Source of the DNA: a virus | IMG/VR virus record: IMGVR_UViG_3300045988_056900 | Length of the DNA: 64,000 nt | Strand: one strand, 5' to 3' | In this document: in pieces, positions 1-12,140 of the stretch | Position numbering within the stretch: position 1 is the stretch's first letter | Layout of the letters: every line of letters starts with the position of its first letter | The notes under the pieces: generated by a model | Database searches by the model: none | What the model saw: the letters and a program-made list of their open reading frames with translations, nothing else | Told to the model about the DNA's origin: nothing | Made by a program: the position numbers and the translations under genes

Positions 1-2555
1 CATTTGGAGCTAGTATCTTTTCTAATCTGTTATTCAGAAATACTGATACTTTCATAAAACAATATAATGCTGTATTATCATTACTTGGAAGAAAGAATAA
101 CGCTAATGCTAAGTTATTAAATCCTATCATATCTGGTATGGAATCTCAAATAAAGACAGAATTCTTTAATCAATTTGTAAAAGACAATAATATTGATGTA
201 GAAGGAATGTTCAGAGGAAATAACACATTAGCTAAACGTCTTAATAAGTTCAAGACAATGATATTGAAAGGGGATGAACGTTATAAATACTTATTGAATC
301 CCAATGGTAGTATAAACAATGACTTCTTAGAATATTTAATACCAAATATAGATAATGAAGGTATTGATTTTATAGACACATCCGAATTACTTAGTGCAGA
401 TCAAGCACAAGGTAACAATCTTATAAATTATTGGAGAGAATTGTTAGATGATCCTCTTCCAGAAGTTAAGAGATTGGCTAGGGATTTAGCAGTTTATGCG
501 TTCTACACATCTGGAGATAATTTTGCTATGAATTCGTTCTTTCAGTATCTACCAAATAGTTATAGACAAGAAATAGGTTATACTGATTTCGTACAAAGTA
601 AATTGGAATAGCTTATTAATGAATCTCAACTAGGTTACAAAGACAAGGCTGATTTATTCTTGAATAACTGGACTAATGATCTATTAGTTAAGCCTGTAGA
701 AATGGAAGGAGGAAAAAATAGAATGCCGTTTATACAAGCTAAATTAAACGAATAGGCAACTCCTAATATAATTGTCGGAAAAAGAGTAGGATCAGAGTAT
801 TCCGATATAAAACCAATAAATTGGGTTAAAGTATCTGTAGTAGATGCATTAGGTAATCCTGTAGTAAGATCGTATCCTATGTTCCCACCATATATCAAAA
901 TGAGAGATGGTAAAGGTTTTGACACTAAGAATTGGCATGTATATACTCTAATAGGTTTTACTGATCAAGCAGAAGTAGATAAAAGTACTGGGAAATTTAC
1001 AGGAAAAATGCAATACACTCCTATATATGGTCTTGTTAGTAAAAAAGGATACAAGCACAGAGGACATACTGTTGTTGAATATGGTAGAGAAACTCAATTC
1101 GATTTCAATAAAGAAAATGAATGGGATTATAGAGAAGCTCTGAATAATCCTTTAGCATTAGCAGATATGGCTTCTGAGTTTGATAAATAGGATTGGAATA
1201 AGATAAGTAGATCTATACATTTAATAACATCTCTTCCTAGTTATTCTGATATGAATTATGCTATATCTGAACAAGATAGAGCTTATATGGATGATTCTTC
1301 TACTTTAGAGGAAGATGAAGTAACTGGAGAAGTTCTTGAGGAAAAAGAAGAACCAACTATTGATTCTACAGATGTAAGCTCTTAGTCAATGTATGTTAAT
1401 CATTCAGGTGGTGCAGTTGGTAGTGATACTATATGGGGAGAAATAGGAGAACAGTTTGGAGTAACGTCTAAACATTACTACGCTGAAGGATATAATACTC
1501 CAAAAGGAAATACTCCGTTAACAAAACAGTAGCTTAGTGAATCCGATTACCATTTGTTAGAAGCTAATAAAAAATTGAACAGAAGGTTTCCTACTAATAA
1601 TGAATATGTTAATAATTTATTAAGACGTAATTGGTTCCAAGTTAGAAATTCTGATGCAGTATACGCTATTGGAGAAATAGAACCTAAAAATGGTACTGTT
1701 AAAGGCGGTACTGGTTGGGCTGTTCAAATGGCAATAGATAATAATAAAGATGTATATGTATTTGATCAAAGTAGGTTAAAATGGTATAGAAATAGAGATC
1801 ATAAATGGTCAGAGGTAACTACACCAAAACTAACTCCTAATTTTGCAGGCATTGGTACTAGAGAAATAACTCAAGAAGGAATTCAAGCAATTAGAAATGT
1901 TTATGCTCTTACTTTTAAAGGGTAGGTAGCAAATGCTATAGATAACACTACTATAGCTTAGAAGTGGTCTAATAAAGAAGGTTGGTCTATTGATTACTTT
2001 TATAAAAAAGTATTACCAAGAATAAACGAAGCATGGCAAATAGAGTATAAATTAGCTCCAAATCAGTCTGTTCAACCTAAACTAAGAGGGTCTATGAACT
2101 TCTATTATGGAGATGACGCATCTAAAAATATCAAATCTAAATCTACATTAGAAGCTATAAAAAATGGAGAACGAACCGCTACTACAAGATATGAAAGAGA
2201 TGGAAATATAGATTACTGGAAGTAGGCTAATATTGGAGATATAATAGAATTCCACAATAAGGAAGGAGAATCAGTAAAAGTAATAGTTACTAAACCTCTT
2301 TCTAAGTTGGTTAACAATTCTCCTTAGCAACTAGATCTATTCCCATCTAATTTACCACTAACTGGTGTCGAATTAATGGCATTATACGAACAAGGAAATT
2401 CAAGAATAAGCGAAGTACTTGATCAGATGGAAGACCTCACCCCAGAAGAAAGGTAGACTTATTTAAATGAATTTGCATAGTTTATGACAGATAATGAAGT
2501 TAATACGCAAGATAAACTTGAGGAAGCATTAAGAAAATTCATATGTAATTTATAA
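1..2555 (+). CDS. C-terminal part of a giant crAss-like phage protein (virion/vRNAP-associated region candidate), 5' end outside window; contains a SLOG-like domain
   Basis: Frame 3 is open from base 3 through ORFs 138, 879 and 1554, interrupted only by TAG, to tandem TAA TAA at 2553-2558. Confidence 0.8.
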
Positions 2556-2567
2556 TAACCAGATAAT

Positions 2568-5500
2568 ATGTATAAATGTCCAAATAAAAATCTTCCTGAA
2601 TGGAAGGAGTTAGAAAAAGTTGTACCAGAAGTCGCATATACTATCTGGGATATGAATAATGGTCATGGTATAGATAAGGCTCCGAATGGGGAGCCTTCTC
2701 TTCTATTTAATAAATTATTAGAACATTTTAATAATGATAGAGAACAAGCCATACTATAGAAAGCAAAAATATTCTCTAATAAGTTTCAAAATAATATAAA
2801 TAATTATACACTTGATGAAAATAGCGAACCTTACATGCAAGATGTATTAACTACATCAAGTGTTAGTTATGATAATACTGATTTCAAAACTTTCACTGAA
2901 GACGAAATTAGAGTATTAGAGGAGATATCTAACCTATATACAAAAATATAGAAAGGATTAAAAGACAGACTTAATGCTATTAAGAGATATTCTAGTAAAA
3001 ATCCAAAAGTATGGAGAGACCTACAAAACTTAATATAGAAATTATCTACGTCAGAAACTGAACAAGGTATAATTCAATTTCTAGAACACGTTAGAGACTC
3101 TATAAACGATAGTAAGAATTTCTTAAGTAAGCCTATAGAAGAAATTAATGCTAAGTAGATACGACAACTATCTAATGATTATGTAGGGTTCTATAAACCT
3201 CTAATAGATAATATTCAATATATTGTTGATACTACAGATATATTTAAAGGAATAGATAACTATGATGATGTAATTAATCTAGTAGCAGAAATGTCCTAGT
3301 CTATAACTACTGTGAACAATAAATTTATAAATGTTCTCAAAAGTAAGGGATATCAATATTTACGTCAATACCTTTCACAACAAGGCATGCCTGATAGTTT
3401 CATTTAGGGTACTATTAATTGGCTAGATGATCCTAAACACGATTCAAGTATATTTATGAATTGGTTTGGAATGGCTACTAATAGTGATAATGCTGTTCAG
3501 CAAGCTATTGCTAAGATGTTGAATGATGTGAAGAACGCTACGGATAGACAAACTTTAGAAGTAGGCATTAGATTAGTAAAAGCACTGAATAAAGCAAAGG
3601 AAAAATATGGGAATGACGTATAGAAATTGCTTTATGAGAGAGACGATGATGGTAGTTATACTGGATATAGAGTAACTAGAATAAATTAGGGTAAGTATAA
3701 TCGTACAAAGAAGCAATTCTTAGATAAACTTGCAAAACAATTAGGAATAACTAAAGATTCTAATGGTTAGTACGAATTACCACTAAATTAGGATATATAG
3801 AAAAAGTGGTTTGATAGTATAAATAAGTGGTACAATGATCACGCTGATAGAAAATATGTATCAGAATACTATACACTTAGAAATAAGATGTTGTCATAGA
3901 AAACTAGAGATGCTCAATAGGAGATATAGAATTATATAGATAACATTACCAATCCTATTACTATAGATGGCATAGAATATGATAATCTATTAAGTGCATC
4001 CGAATATAATCAACTATAGGAATTGCGTAAACAAAAAAAGATGTTAGCAAATCCATATAATTTGGATGGAAGTGAAAAGACAGGTGATGACGCTCTAATA
4101 GCCAAAGAACTTATAGCTTTTAATGAAGAAGTATCAAAACATATCAAATATGATACAGATATATAGAAATATCAGGCAGATAGATCTAAAGTAGCTAAAA
4201 GATATGGCGATAATTCAGAATAGTTAAAATTGTGGGAAGAGCGTAATACTGTTGAAAGATATAATTAGGCTTTCTACGATAGAATAGATAGTTTAGACAA
4301 AACTCCATAGTCAGATACCTATGAACGTCTAAGAACTAGAAGAAGAAATTTATTATCTTTGTATAAAGATCCTAATACAGGTAAAATAAACACAGATGCT
4401 ATATCTGATGCTGAAAAGAGAGATCTGTTACAGCTAGATCAAGATATAGCTTTTTCATATTCTCCGAGTTAGGATACAGAAAGAAAAGGTCCTCGATTGT
4501 CAGATTTTGCAGAAATAGCTACTACAGAACAATATCGTATAGATATGGAAAAAGCTAGAAATAATGGCACATTAGCATATAATGATTGGTTCAACAGAAG
4601 TCACTATGAAGATATTAGAGGATTTATGAGACCAGCATCGTTTTATACTGAACTTAGACCATTACCACAATTTATGGATCAATATAAAGAAAGAGTTCCC
4701 TCTATAAAATATTCATCAATATCGCCTAGTTCAGATTGGTATAATTCTAACTGGGATCCAAATGGTCCGTCTATTTAGCCTAATAAAAAGTTGTATGACA
4801 ATAGTAAAGCTTATAATGCTGTACTAAATAAGCCAGAAGTGAAACAACTATATGATGAGATAGAAGCTATTATGGATGAGGCTAACAAGTATGTATCTTT
4901 TATGTAGTTTGCCAATGATCATAGAATGCCTCAAATACCTGCTAGATTTATGCAATCTTTGAGCCGTAAAGATGGCATATTAGGTAAATTAGGATACGTT
5001 TTTGAAGATTTTGCTACTACTAAAGATGATGACTTAGATTTCGTAAATGAATTTTCTACTATGCCTAATGGAGATCCAATTAAAGTAATACCTACTAGAT
5101 TTATAAAGATGTTAGATGATCCTAATATAATATCTACTGATGCTGTTGCAGCTGTAGTTTAGTATTATAATATGGCTACTAATTATCGTAATATGTCAGA
5201 AAAATAGGATGACGTAGAAATGATGTTAAATCTACTGAAATAGGTATCTATTCGCACTAAAAAAGAACTTAAAGGCCCAGGATCTACAAATGTATATAAG
5301 TAGTCTTAGTTATTAGTAGATAGATTAATGTATGGAAGGAATAAATCTCCTATATTAATGAATGCATTTGGTAAAGAATTAAATGTAGGTAAAATGTTAG
5401 ACATAGTTAGAGGATTTGTTACAAAAGTAAATCTATCTGGTAATCTATGGTCTATTGGAACCGGATTTTTTACTGATGCAACATATACCACTTTAGAGGC

Positions 5501-6713
5501 TAAAATGGGAAGATTTTTTGACTTAGAAGATCTTAGGTATGCTTAGACAGAATTTTTTAGAGAATTACCAAACATGTTATCTAACATAGGTAATCCAGAT
5601 CCTAAAGGTAAATTACCATATTTATTAGCTCTTAATCAAGTAGTAAAAGATAATTAGGAACTATTTGATAGATTAGATGAAAGCTAGGTATTAAGGTCTA
5701 TAAATTAGAATTTTTGGTTTGCTGGATATACCCAAGCCGACTATACTGTAAAAAGTCATACTCTTATAAGTATCTATCATAATTATCGTTTCGTTAAAGG
5801 AGATGGTTTCTTATCTAAATCACAGTATATAGATAAGTACTATCCTAATGATAGAAAAAAAGGAGAAGTAAACTTCAAATAGTTAGGTGTCACTTTATAT
5901 GATGCATATAAATAGTAGGATAATGGAGATATTATAGTAGATGATAAATATGCATCTTATATTACTGAAAAACTATTAAATGATGTAAAAAATAGAATCT
6001 AGATAATAAGTAAAAGAATAGATGGTACTATACGTGAAGTAGATAAAGCTCAAGTACATGCTAATTCTATAGCATCTTATACTGTTATGCATCGTAATTT
6101 TATGGTATCTGCTTTACATGATAGATTTAAAAGAAAACAATTTAATCTTGATTTAGGAGTAATAGAAGAAGGATATTATAGATCTACAGGAAGATTCTTG
6201 TAGAATGTAATAGGAAATAGACACTTTGCTCTAGCTCAATTACTAGCCGATTACAACAATATGTAGGAGTACGAACAATATGCTGTTCGTAGAACTTTAA
6301 ACGAATTAATGTTAATAGCAGGATCTACTACAGTAGCTGTAGTATTAGCTAGTATAGTAGATGGAGATGATGATTATGATACATGGTTAACTCAATCTAT
6401 GACATATCTTGCAATGAGATCTGCATTTGAATTTCGAACCATGTATAATCCATTTGAGTTAATGTCTTTAATTAAGTCTCCTACAGCAGCTTTCAATTGG
6501 TTTGATAATGCATCTAGTTTTATTAACTTAGTTAATCCATTTGCATATACAGGTAATAAAACACCATTTACTATAATTGATAGAGGAGTATATAAAGGTA
6601 TGCCTGTAATGTTAAGAAATATTATTAAAGTAACTCCATTTAAGAGCGTGTTTGAAGCGCAAGATCCAAAATCGAAACGCAATTATCTATAGAATCAATT
6701 AATGAACTTCTAA
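2568..6713 (+). CDS. Giant phage protein, probably virion-associated; function unassigned
   Basis: ATG 2568, starting MYKCPNKNLPEWKELEKVV. Track ORFs 2568, 4497, 4926, 5328 and 6309 share one frame and are joined through TAG to TAA 6711-6713. Near its C-terminus are hydrophobic segments. Confidence 0.8.
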
Positions 6714-6758
6714 GTTTCTATTAAAATTATCAATTCGTTGAATTACTGCAAAAAAGAA

Positions 6759-6782
6759 AAGCCTACTAGAAATAGTAGGCTT
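6759..6782. terminator. Bidirectional intrinsic terminator between convergent blocks
   Basis: Perfect 10-bp stem AAGCCTACTA-GAAA-TAGTAGGCTT with a T-rich tract on the minus side (CTTTTCTTTTTT) and TTATTTGTT on the plus side, between stop 6713 and stop 6781. Confidence 0.85.
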
Positions 6783-7305
6783 ATTTGTTATCTCTATCTA
6801 TTAGATCTAGATAACTGTAGTAGTCTTCTTCTGGTAATTCAGCCTCTATAGTTTCACCATTCCTATAATGAGGATAAAATAAACGTTTAGATAGTTCTGG
6901 AACTGGCACGTTAGTCCAGAATCTATTTATGTCAAGCTTGGCTTCTAAACTAAACGCTTTACCATAATTTTTAAGACTATTAATATCTTTTTTGTACTTA
7001 GGATTACTAAAACAATAAACTGTATAGTGTTTATTATTTATAGTAATATATTTCATATTATAGACAGTATCAAGATTTTTAAGTTTGCAGTACCTGTCTA
7101 GAGATTCTCTAGTATTTACTGAACTATCATATACAAGAAAGACCTTATCTTCTAAATAAGGTCTATTTTTGTCACTTGTATATGCATTTATAAATCCGCT
7201 TTCCACAGTTAAATCCCTCCAAGTTAGATTATCATCTAATAAAGGAACTATATATATACTTACATCATTTAAGGCTTTCAGTTCCATTATTCTCGTAATA
7301 TTCAC
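6781..7305 (-). CDS. Hypothetical protein, 174 aa
   Basis: Complete ORF with TAA stop, first gene before the convergent terminator. Confidence 0.7.
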   Translation of the reverse strand: MNITRIMELKALNDVSIYIVPLLDDNLTWRDLTVESGFINAYTSDKNRPYLEDKVFLVYDSSVNTRESLDRYCKLKNLDTVYNMKYITINNKHYTVYCFSNPKYKKDINSLKNYGKAFSLEAKLDINRFWTNVPVPELSKRLFYPHYRNGETIEAELPEEDYYSYLDLIDRDNK

Positions 7306-8239
7306 GAGTATGGTCCCAATTTCCTGTCTGATAATGATATGAAATTTCTGTTAAAGTATTTGCTATTAGGTCTTTACGGTCCAATAACTCTTTTTCATTT
7401 AACATATTAAATACACGTACTTCATTGTTACCATTACTTTGGATAGCAATAATATACGCTTCAAGATCATAGTCTTCTATATCGTAACCTTCCTCTTTCA
7501 TATACCAAGTAAGAGCAAGAATATAGAAGGCTATTTGTCTATAGTAATCGTATTCTTCTACAGAATGCTTAAAATTATAGACATCGGCGGTTGTTTTTAA
7601 GTCAATAAGAGTAATCTTTCTATTAGCATGATCAATCTTAACCCTATCTAATAGCGACTTACAAGATACTCTTTGTTTCTCTGCCTCCCAGTTTATATGA
7701 AACTCGTTATGACATTCCATACCTGGTTGGTCTGTAAGCAGTTCATCTGCTTTTATATGCTTTTCAATATTATCTTTAATATTCTTAAGCATATTTAAAT
7801 CTGCAAACGATATAATCGTATATAGATCTGTTTTCTCTAGAGCTTCTATATATTCAGCAAACTTGAGTTGTAACTCCTTTGCTTTTTTTAACATAGCATC
7901 TCTAGACATATTGTTACCAGAATATGCAAACTTATATGCATCTAGAAGCTTATCTTCTTCTACTATTTCCGCAGATGAATGATAACGTTCACAGAATGCT
8001 GTTTGTTGTGCCGTTTTAGGCTTTTCATAATCAATAACAATATAATTATGCCAGAACTCATCTGGCTGAAGAAGATACATATGTATCATAGTACCTTTAT
8101 CAAGATACTTAGCACTTATACCTTCTTCTTTACCGTCAAGCATATCCTTGAGGTAACGTGGTCCTTTCTTCAAGAACCACCCGATTGCTGAATTTGATAT
8201 TCGCGTGTTATCTTCATAATACGGAATCTCTATTTTCAT
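7265..8239 (-). CDS. PD-(D/E)XK family exonuclease (RecB/Cas4-like)
   Basis: Motifs GTMIHMYLLQPDEF, CKSLLDRVKID...ITLIDLKTT and EYDYYRQIAFYILAL. Confidence 0.85.
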   Translation of the reverse strand: MKIEIPYYEDNTRISNSAIGWFLKKGPRYLKDMLDGKEEGISAKYLDKGTMIHMYLLQPDEFWHNYIVIDYEKPKTAQQTAFCERYHSSAEIVEEDKLLDAYKFAYSGNNMSRDAMLKKAKELQLKFAEYIEALEKTDLYTIISFADLNMLKNIKDNIEKHIKADELLTDQPGMECHNEFHINWEAEKQRVSCKSLLDRVKIDHANRKITLIDLKTTADVYNFKHSVEEYDYYRQIAFYILALTWYMKEEGYDIEDYDLEAYIIAIQSNGNNEVRVFNMLNEKELLDRKDLIANTLTEISYHYQTGNWDHTREYYENNGTESLK

Positions 8240-8360
8240 GCTGCTAAATATAAATCGGTTTCAACTTCCATGTTTGTATTCCATGGGATCTCGTCTTCTA
8301 TATCCTGACGGATATGTTTAGACATCTTGTATATGACTATCGTTAGAAATAAAATCATAG

Positions 8361-9245
8361 TTAAAATGGATTCAAAATCTTATTCTCCATTATTTCGATA
8401 CATACTTCATCCATATCAGATGACTGTGTATCATCCTGAGTAGATACTTTGTCCTCTTCTTTTATTTTTTCAGTAGAAATATTCATATCTTTAGCTATTT
8501 GAGTTAAAGGTATATCTTCAAAGAGAACAACTTCATCTAAGAATGCAGAAATATTATCAAATGATTTTACTTTCATATATTTGTTAATGAAGTTCACAAC
8601 TTCATCTATATTCTTAACTCCTTTATCTTCTGCCATATAGCGTACAAATACAGAGTTAGAATTAGCTTCATACTGTTTGAAATAACGAACACGTGAGCAT
8701 CTATCAAAGAAGTTCTCATCTATCTTTTCTGCTCTATTACAAGTCATTAATACAAGTTTCTTTGCTGTTGACTCTACTCCATCCAAGAATCCTAATAGAT
8801 CCTTAGTTTCCCACCAATAATCGTTCTTCTCAATCTCATCAAACATGATTACTACAGGAGTAGTAAAGTTTTTGAAGAACGCACTTAGTTTATCAGCAGG
8901 ATAGTCAGTTGCAACAACAATAATAGGTAGATTACTTTCTAAGGCAATACGTTTAGAGAGCATTGTTTTGCCTGTACCTTTAGTACCAGCAAGTAATACA
9001 CCTGTTGTTTGGTTAGAACTTTCAGAATTGAAATAAGTAAGCACGCGATTAATAAAGTTATTATCCTCATCTAGCTTATACAGTTTCTTTGGCATATTCA
9101 AATCACCATTTTCTACTAGATAAGATTTTCCTTCCATACGATTGTACTTTAGATCGTATACTTTACCTTTAATAAGTTCATATGCTAATCCTTCTAACTT
9201 TGGTTTAACTGTGATCTCATTACCTACTTTAATAAATTCTGCCAT
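8361..9245 (-). CDS. AAA+ ATPase
   Basis: Walker A LLAGTKGTGKT, Walker B VVIMFDEIEK, sensor LVLMTCNRAEKID, arginine-finger-like FFDRCSRVR. Confidence 0.9.
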   Translation of the reverse strand: MAEFIKVGNEITVKPKLEGLAYELIKGKVYDLKYNRMEGKSYLVENGDLNMPKKLYKLDEDNNFINRVLTYFNSESSNQTTGVLLAGTKGTGKTMLSKRIALESNLPIIVVATDYPADKLSAFFKNFTTPVVIMFDEIEKNDYWWETKDLLGFLDGVESTAKKLVLMTCNRAEKIDENFFDRCSRVRYFKQYEANSNSVFVRYMAEDKGVKNIDEVVNFINKYMKVKSFDNISAFLDEVVLFEDIPLTQIAKDMNISTEKIKEEDKVSTQDDTQSSDMDEVCIEIMENKILNPF

Positions 9246-9256
9246 AACTTCTGTTT

Positions 9257-9637
9257 TTATGTTTTTAGTTTGTCGATTAACTCATCGACTTGTTTCTACG
9301 TATGTACAACATAGAACGCTGTTTTAGGTTCATGTGTGTACAAATAATAGTTAAATAACTTTTCACGTAAAGGCCATGCCTCATTTGGAAAGCCTTTACA
9401 TTCAATCACAAAACCTTTACCAACAAAGTCTGGTAAATAGGTCATTGCTCTATATTTTTTGTTGTTAAAAGTAAAAGCTGGAAGTAGCTCATATCTATGC
9501 ATTTCATAATCTGCTAGAATATTTGCTTCTTTCAGCTTTTTATATGTATATGTTTCAAGTTTACTTCGAAATTTAATTCCGTCATATTCGTTAGGAGTTG
9601 CATTTCGAACTCTACCTTGTTTTTTCTATTTCTTCAT
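9257..9637 (-). CDS. DUF1064-like / PD-(D/E)XK nuclease, TAG-recoded
   Basis: Read with TAG=Q: MKKQKKQGRVRNATPNEYDGIKFRSKLETYTYKKLKEANI...YLPDFVGKGFVIECKGF...HTQKQVDELIDKLKT, stop TAA at 9257-9259. In-frame TAGs lie at 9626-9628 and 9296-9298. Confidence 0.8.
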
Positions 9638-10589
9638 ATAACCATTTTTTTACTTTCTCAAATCCATTTGCTTTAATAGCGTCAGATATATCTTTTGCCT
9701 TAAATTTCTTATGGACTAACATACCTTCTAAACCTGTTTTAAGGCTTATTTTACGGAGATATTTTACTCCAGCTTCATCTCTATCAAATAGTATAATAAT
9801 ACGTTTAAATCGCTTCTTTAACTGTTCTAGAATCTTATTAGGTATAAATGTAGATTCAGATGAAGGTGAAATGGCTGGAATACCCATTTCATATAAACAC
9901 ATAACATCTTTCATACTTTTAGTAATAATTAAGATGTCACCTGTTTTTGGAAGCTGCTTAAATCCCTGAATATCTAATTCAGTAAGATTATTACGCCACT
10001 TTGTATATTTGTCTGCTAAAGGTTTATATATCTTAAAATGATTGTATACCTTATAAGCATACATAGGATTATCTTCTTTATAAATGCTTTTTACTATGCC
10101 ATTACATAGGTAGTACTTTATACTACTTACTCCAAATTTTCTTAGAGTTTCTACCGTAATATTAAACTGCTTCCAGTAATTGATGTCAGTTTCAGTAAAT
10201 TCCTGACGTACAACACCAATTACTGTTTCAGTTGACGGTATATATTGCTTAGAGCTAACGAGTTGCGTATCGTTAGTAATTTTAAGTCTTTCAACAATAT
10301 CTTTAAGTATATCCGAGTAATTAGTTATACCTGTATAAAGTTCTATAAACTTTATTACATTTCCACACTGACCTGTTCCATGATCTTTAAACAACAACTG
10401 TTTTGTTTTTCTACTATAAAAGCATCCAAACGAAGGAGTTTTGTCTTTTCTCAATGGAGAATTATAGATCATTCCTACTTTAAAATTACCTATATACGCT
10501 GCATATATATCATACTCACTTACTCTAGAAAGAATCCAATCTAGAGTGATATTAAATGTATCTTTTACTTTTGTTGTATCGTAAATCAT
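9591..10589 (-). CDS. DnaG-like primase (CHC2-like N-terminus plus TOPRIM)
   Basis: KTPSFGCFYSRKTKQLLFKDHGTGQCGNVIKFIELYTG and TOPRIM-like ITKSMKDV...RIIILFDRDEAGVKYLRK. TAG at 9612-9614, read-through ends at TAA 9591-9593. Confidence 0.8.
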
Positions 10590-10755
10590 ATGATATATTA
10601 TTTATTGTCAAAGCAACGGGACTCGAACCACGTCGTATAAGCAATCAACCTTATACGTAACCCAATTTGTTATACTTCGGTATAAAACGTAGGTTAGAAT
10701 CCTAACCTACGTATTCCTAGCTTATGCTCTAGGTAGCTACTATTTTTAAGTTATC

Positions 10756-11379
10756 TTAGAACGGCAGATCGTCTGCTGGAGAACTGTTCATAGTAGATAG
10801 ATCATCTACTTTAGTCTCTTTATCAGCAATGACAGGTTTTGTAAATCTGTCAATAGACAACTCTCTAATCAAACTCTTATTTTCTGGATTTGTTTCTTTG
10901 TCGTAGAACCCTTCTGGTAATACCATAGGTTCAATTACTGCAAATTTAACATAAGTAGGCAAAGTAGTATAACCATTATCATTATAAACTACTTTAACCT
11001 TCAATAAGACATCTTTATTAGCTGCATTTAGCATTGTTACTACCCATTCAGTAAATTCTTTATAAGAACTACCATTAAAGTTCAGTACTCCTTTAGGATA
11101 GAAACAATTCATAATTCGCATTATACGAGTAACTACATTAGTTACTTTAGCCTGATTCTGTTCAGCAGAATCTCCTTCTCTTTCATTTGGTTCCCACTCT
11201 GTATGTAGTAACTCTTTTCCGTCTTTTTCAAAACGAAACTCCATAAAGTTTTTTCCAGTAGGAGATGTTGCTGCTCTTACACCAGTAAACTTAACATTAT
11301 CATGAATACCTGCTTCAAGATATTTACTGTCATTACTTGTTATTGCTACTTTGCTTGCTAATTCTGTACTATAAACCAT
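10756..11379 (-). CDS. Putative single-stranded DNA-binding protein
   Basis: Lies between primase and ATPase in the replication block. Acidic C-terminus ending SPADDLPF resembles SSB tips. Confidence 0.6.
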   Translation of the reverse strand: MVYSTELASKVAITSNDSKYLEAGIHDNVKFTGVRAATSPTGKNFMEFRFEKDGKELLHTEWEPNEREGDSAEQNQAKVTNVVTRIMRIMNCFYPKGVLNFNGSSYKEFTEWVVTMLNAANKDVLLKVKVVYNDNGYTTLPTYVKFAVIEPMVLPEGFYDKETNPENKSLIRELSIDRFTKPVIADKETKVDDLSTMNSSPADDLPF

Positions 11380-11399
11380 AATTTCTTTGTTTTGTGTTA

Positions 11400-12140
11400 T
11401 TATTCAGGTAAGAAAATTCTGTCCATGTGAAACGTAATTTCACCGTCTTCGTCGCTTTCTGCTACTACAATATTCTTACCTCGTAAATGTGGTGCTCTTG
11501 CTTCTCTTACTATATTACTTCCTCCTTCAAAGGAAATAATTGTTTCGTTTTTCTTTCGATAAACATAACCAATAGCATCAGCTTCACCACAGATAATATC
11601 TCCTAATCTACCAGTAAGATCTAGAGTCATTTCTGACATCTCTTGACCTTCAATATTTATCTGCTTATCACGAGTATGAGCAATTAATATAAGATGATCA
11701 CTTAGATCTCTGAACAAGTCGATTACCTTTTTAACAGCCATTCTTAGCCACATATAACCACTTCCATTTGGAAGAGTACGAATGTCTGTACCTTGATAAT
11801 TTTTTCCTTGATTAGTGCCTTTGTAGAGCTGTATGGCATAGCCCATGCATATTTCCTCAAGTCGAGTTGCATTATCTATAGTAATATACTTATACGGTCT
11901 TTTGCCTGTATTCTTAATTTCTTCTCTAATTGCAGCCACAATATCTCCAAAATCTTTTACAGATCTTGCTTGTACAACTAGTGCAGATAAAGCCTGATAA
12001 CCATTCTCTAAATCTATAATTAGATTATTGTCTAGAGAAGCCATAAGACTGGATTTACCAGCCTTAGGTTTCCCATAAAACACAGAGAACTTTGGATTAC
12101 ATATCTTTACTTCTGTTTTTTCTTTTGGTAATACAATCAT
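11400..12140 (-). CDS. RecA-fold ATPase, Sak4/AAA_24-like recombination protein
   Basis: FSVFYGKPKAGKSSLMASLDNNLIIDLENGYQAL, KYITIDNATRLEEI, LILIAHTRDKQ. Confidence 0.8.
   Translation of the reverse strand: MIVLPKEKTEVKICNPKFSVFYGKPKAGKSSLMASLDNNLIIDLENGYQALSALVVQARSVKDFGDIVAAIREEIKNTGKRPYKYITIDNATRLEEICMGYAIQLYKGTNQGKNYQGTDIRTLPNGSGYMWLRMAVKKVIDLFRDLSDHLILIAHTRDKQINIEGQEMSEMTLDLTGRLGDIICGEADAIGYVYRKKNETIISFEGGSNIVREARAPHLRGKNIVVAESDEDGEITFHMDRIFLPE

Noticed and set aside
635-925. Antisense ORF, 96 aa, on the minus strand
   Set aside because: Opposite to a continuous coding frame with no leader or synteny support; the same applies to 6392-6682, 49770-50321, 53446-53793 and similar shadow ORFs.
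1-6713. Many in-frame TAG codons suggesting pseudogenisation of the left region
   Set aside because: Only TAG interrupts. TAA/TGA are absent within each long frame, a CTA tRNA is present, and the same pattern occurs in intact essential genes such as terL, portal and MCP.
8361-12140. Defence island (AAA+ plus nuclease neighbours)
   Set aside because: Order and partners (primase, SSB, Sak4-like ATPase, helicase, polymerase) fit a standard phage replication block.
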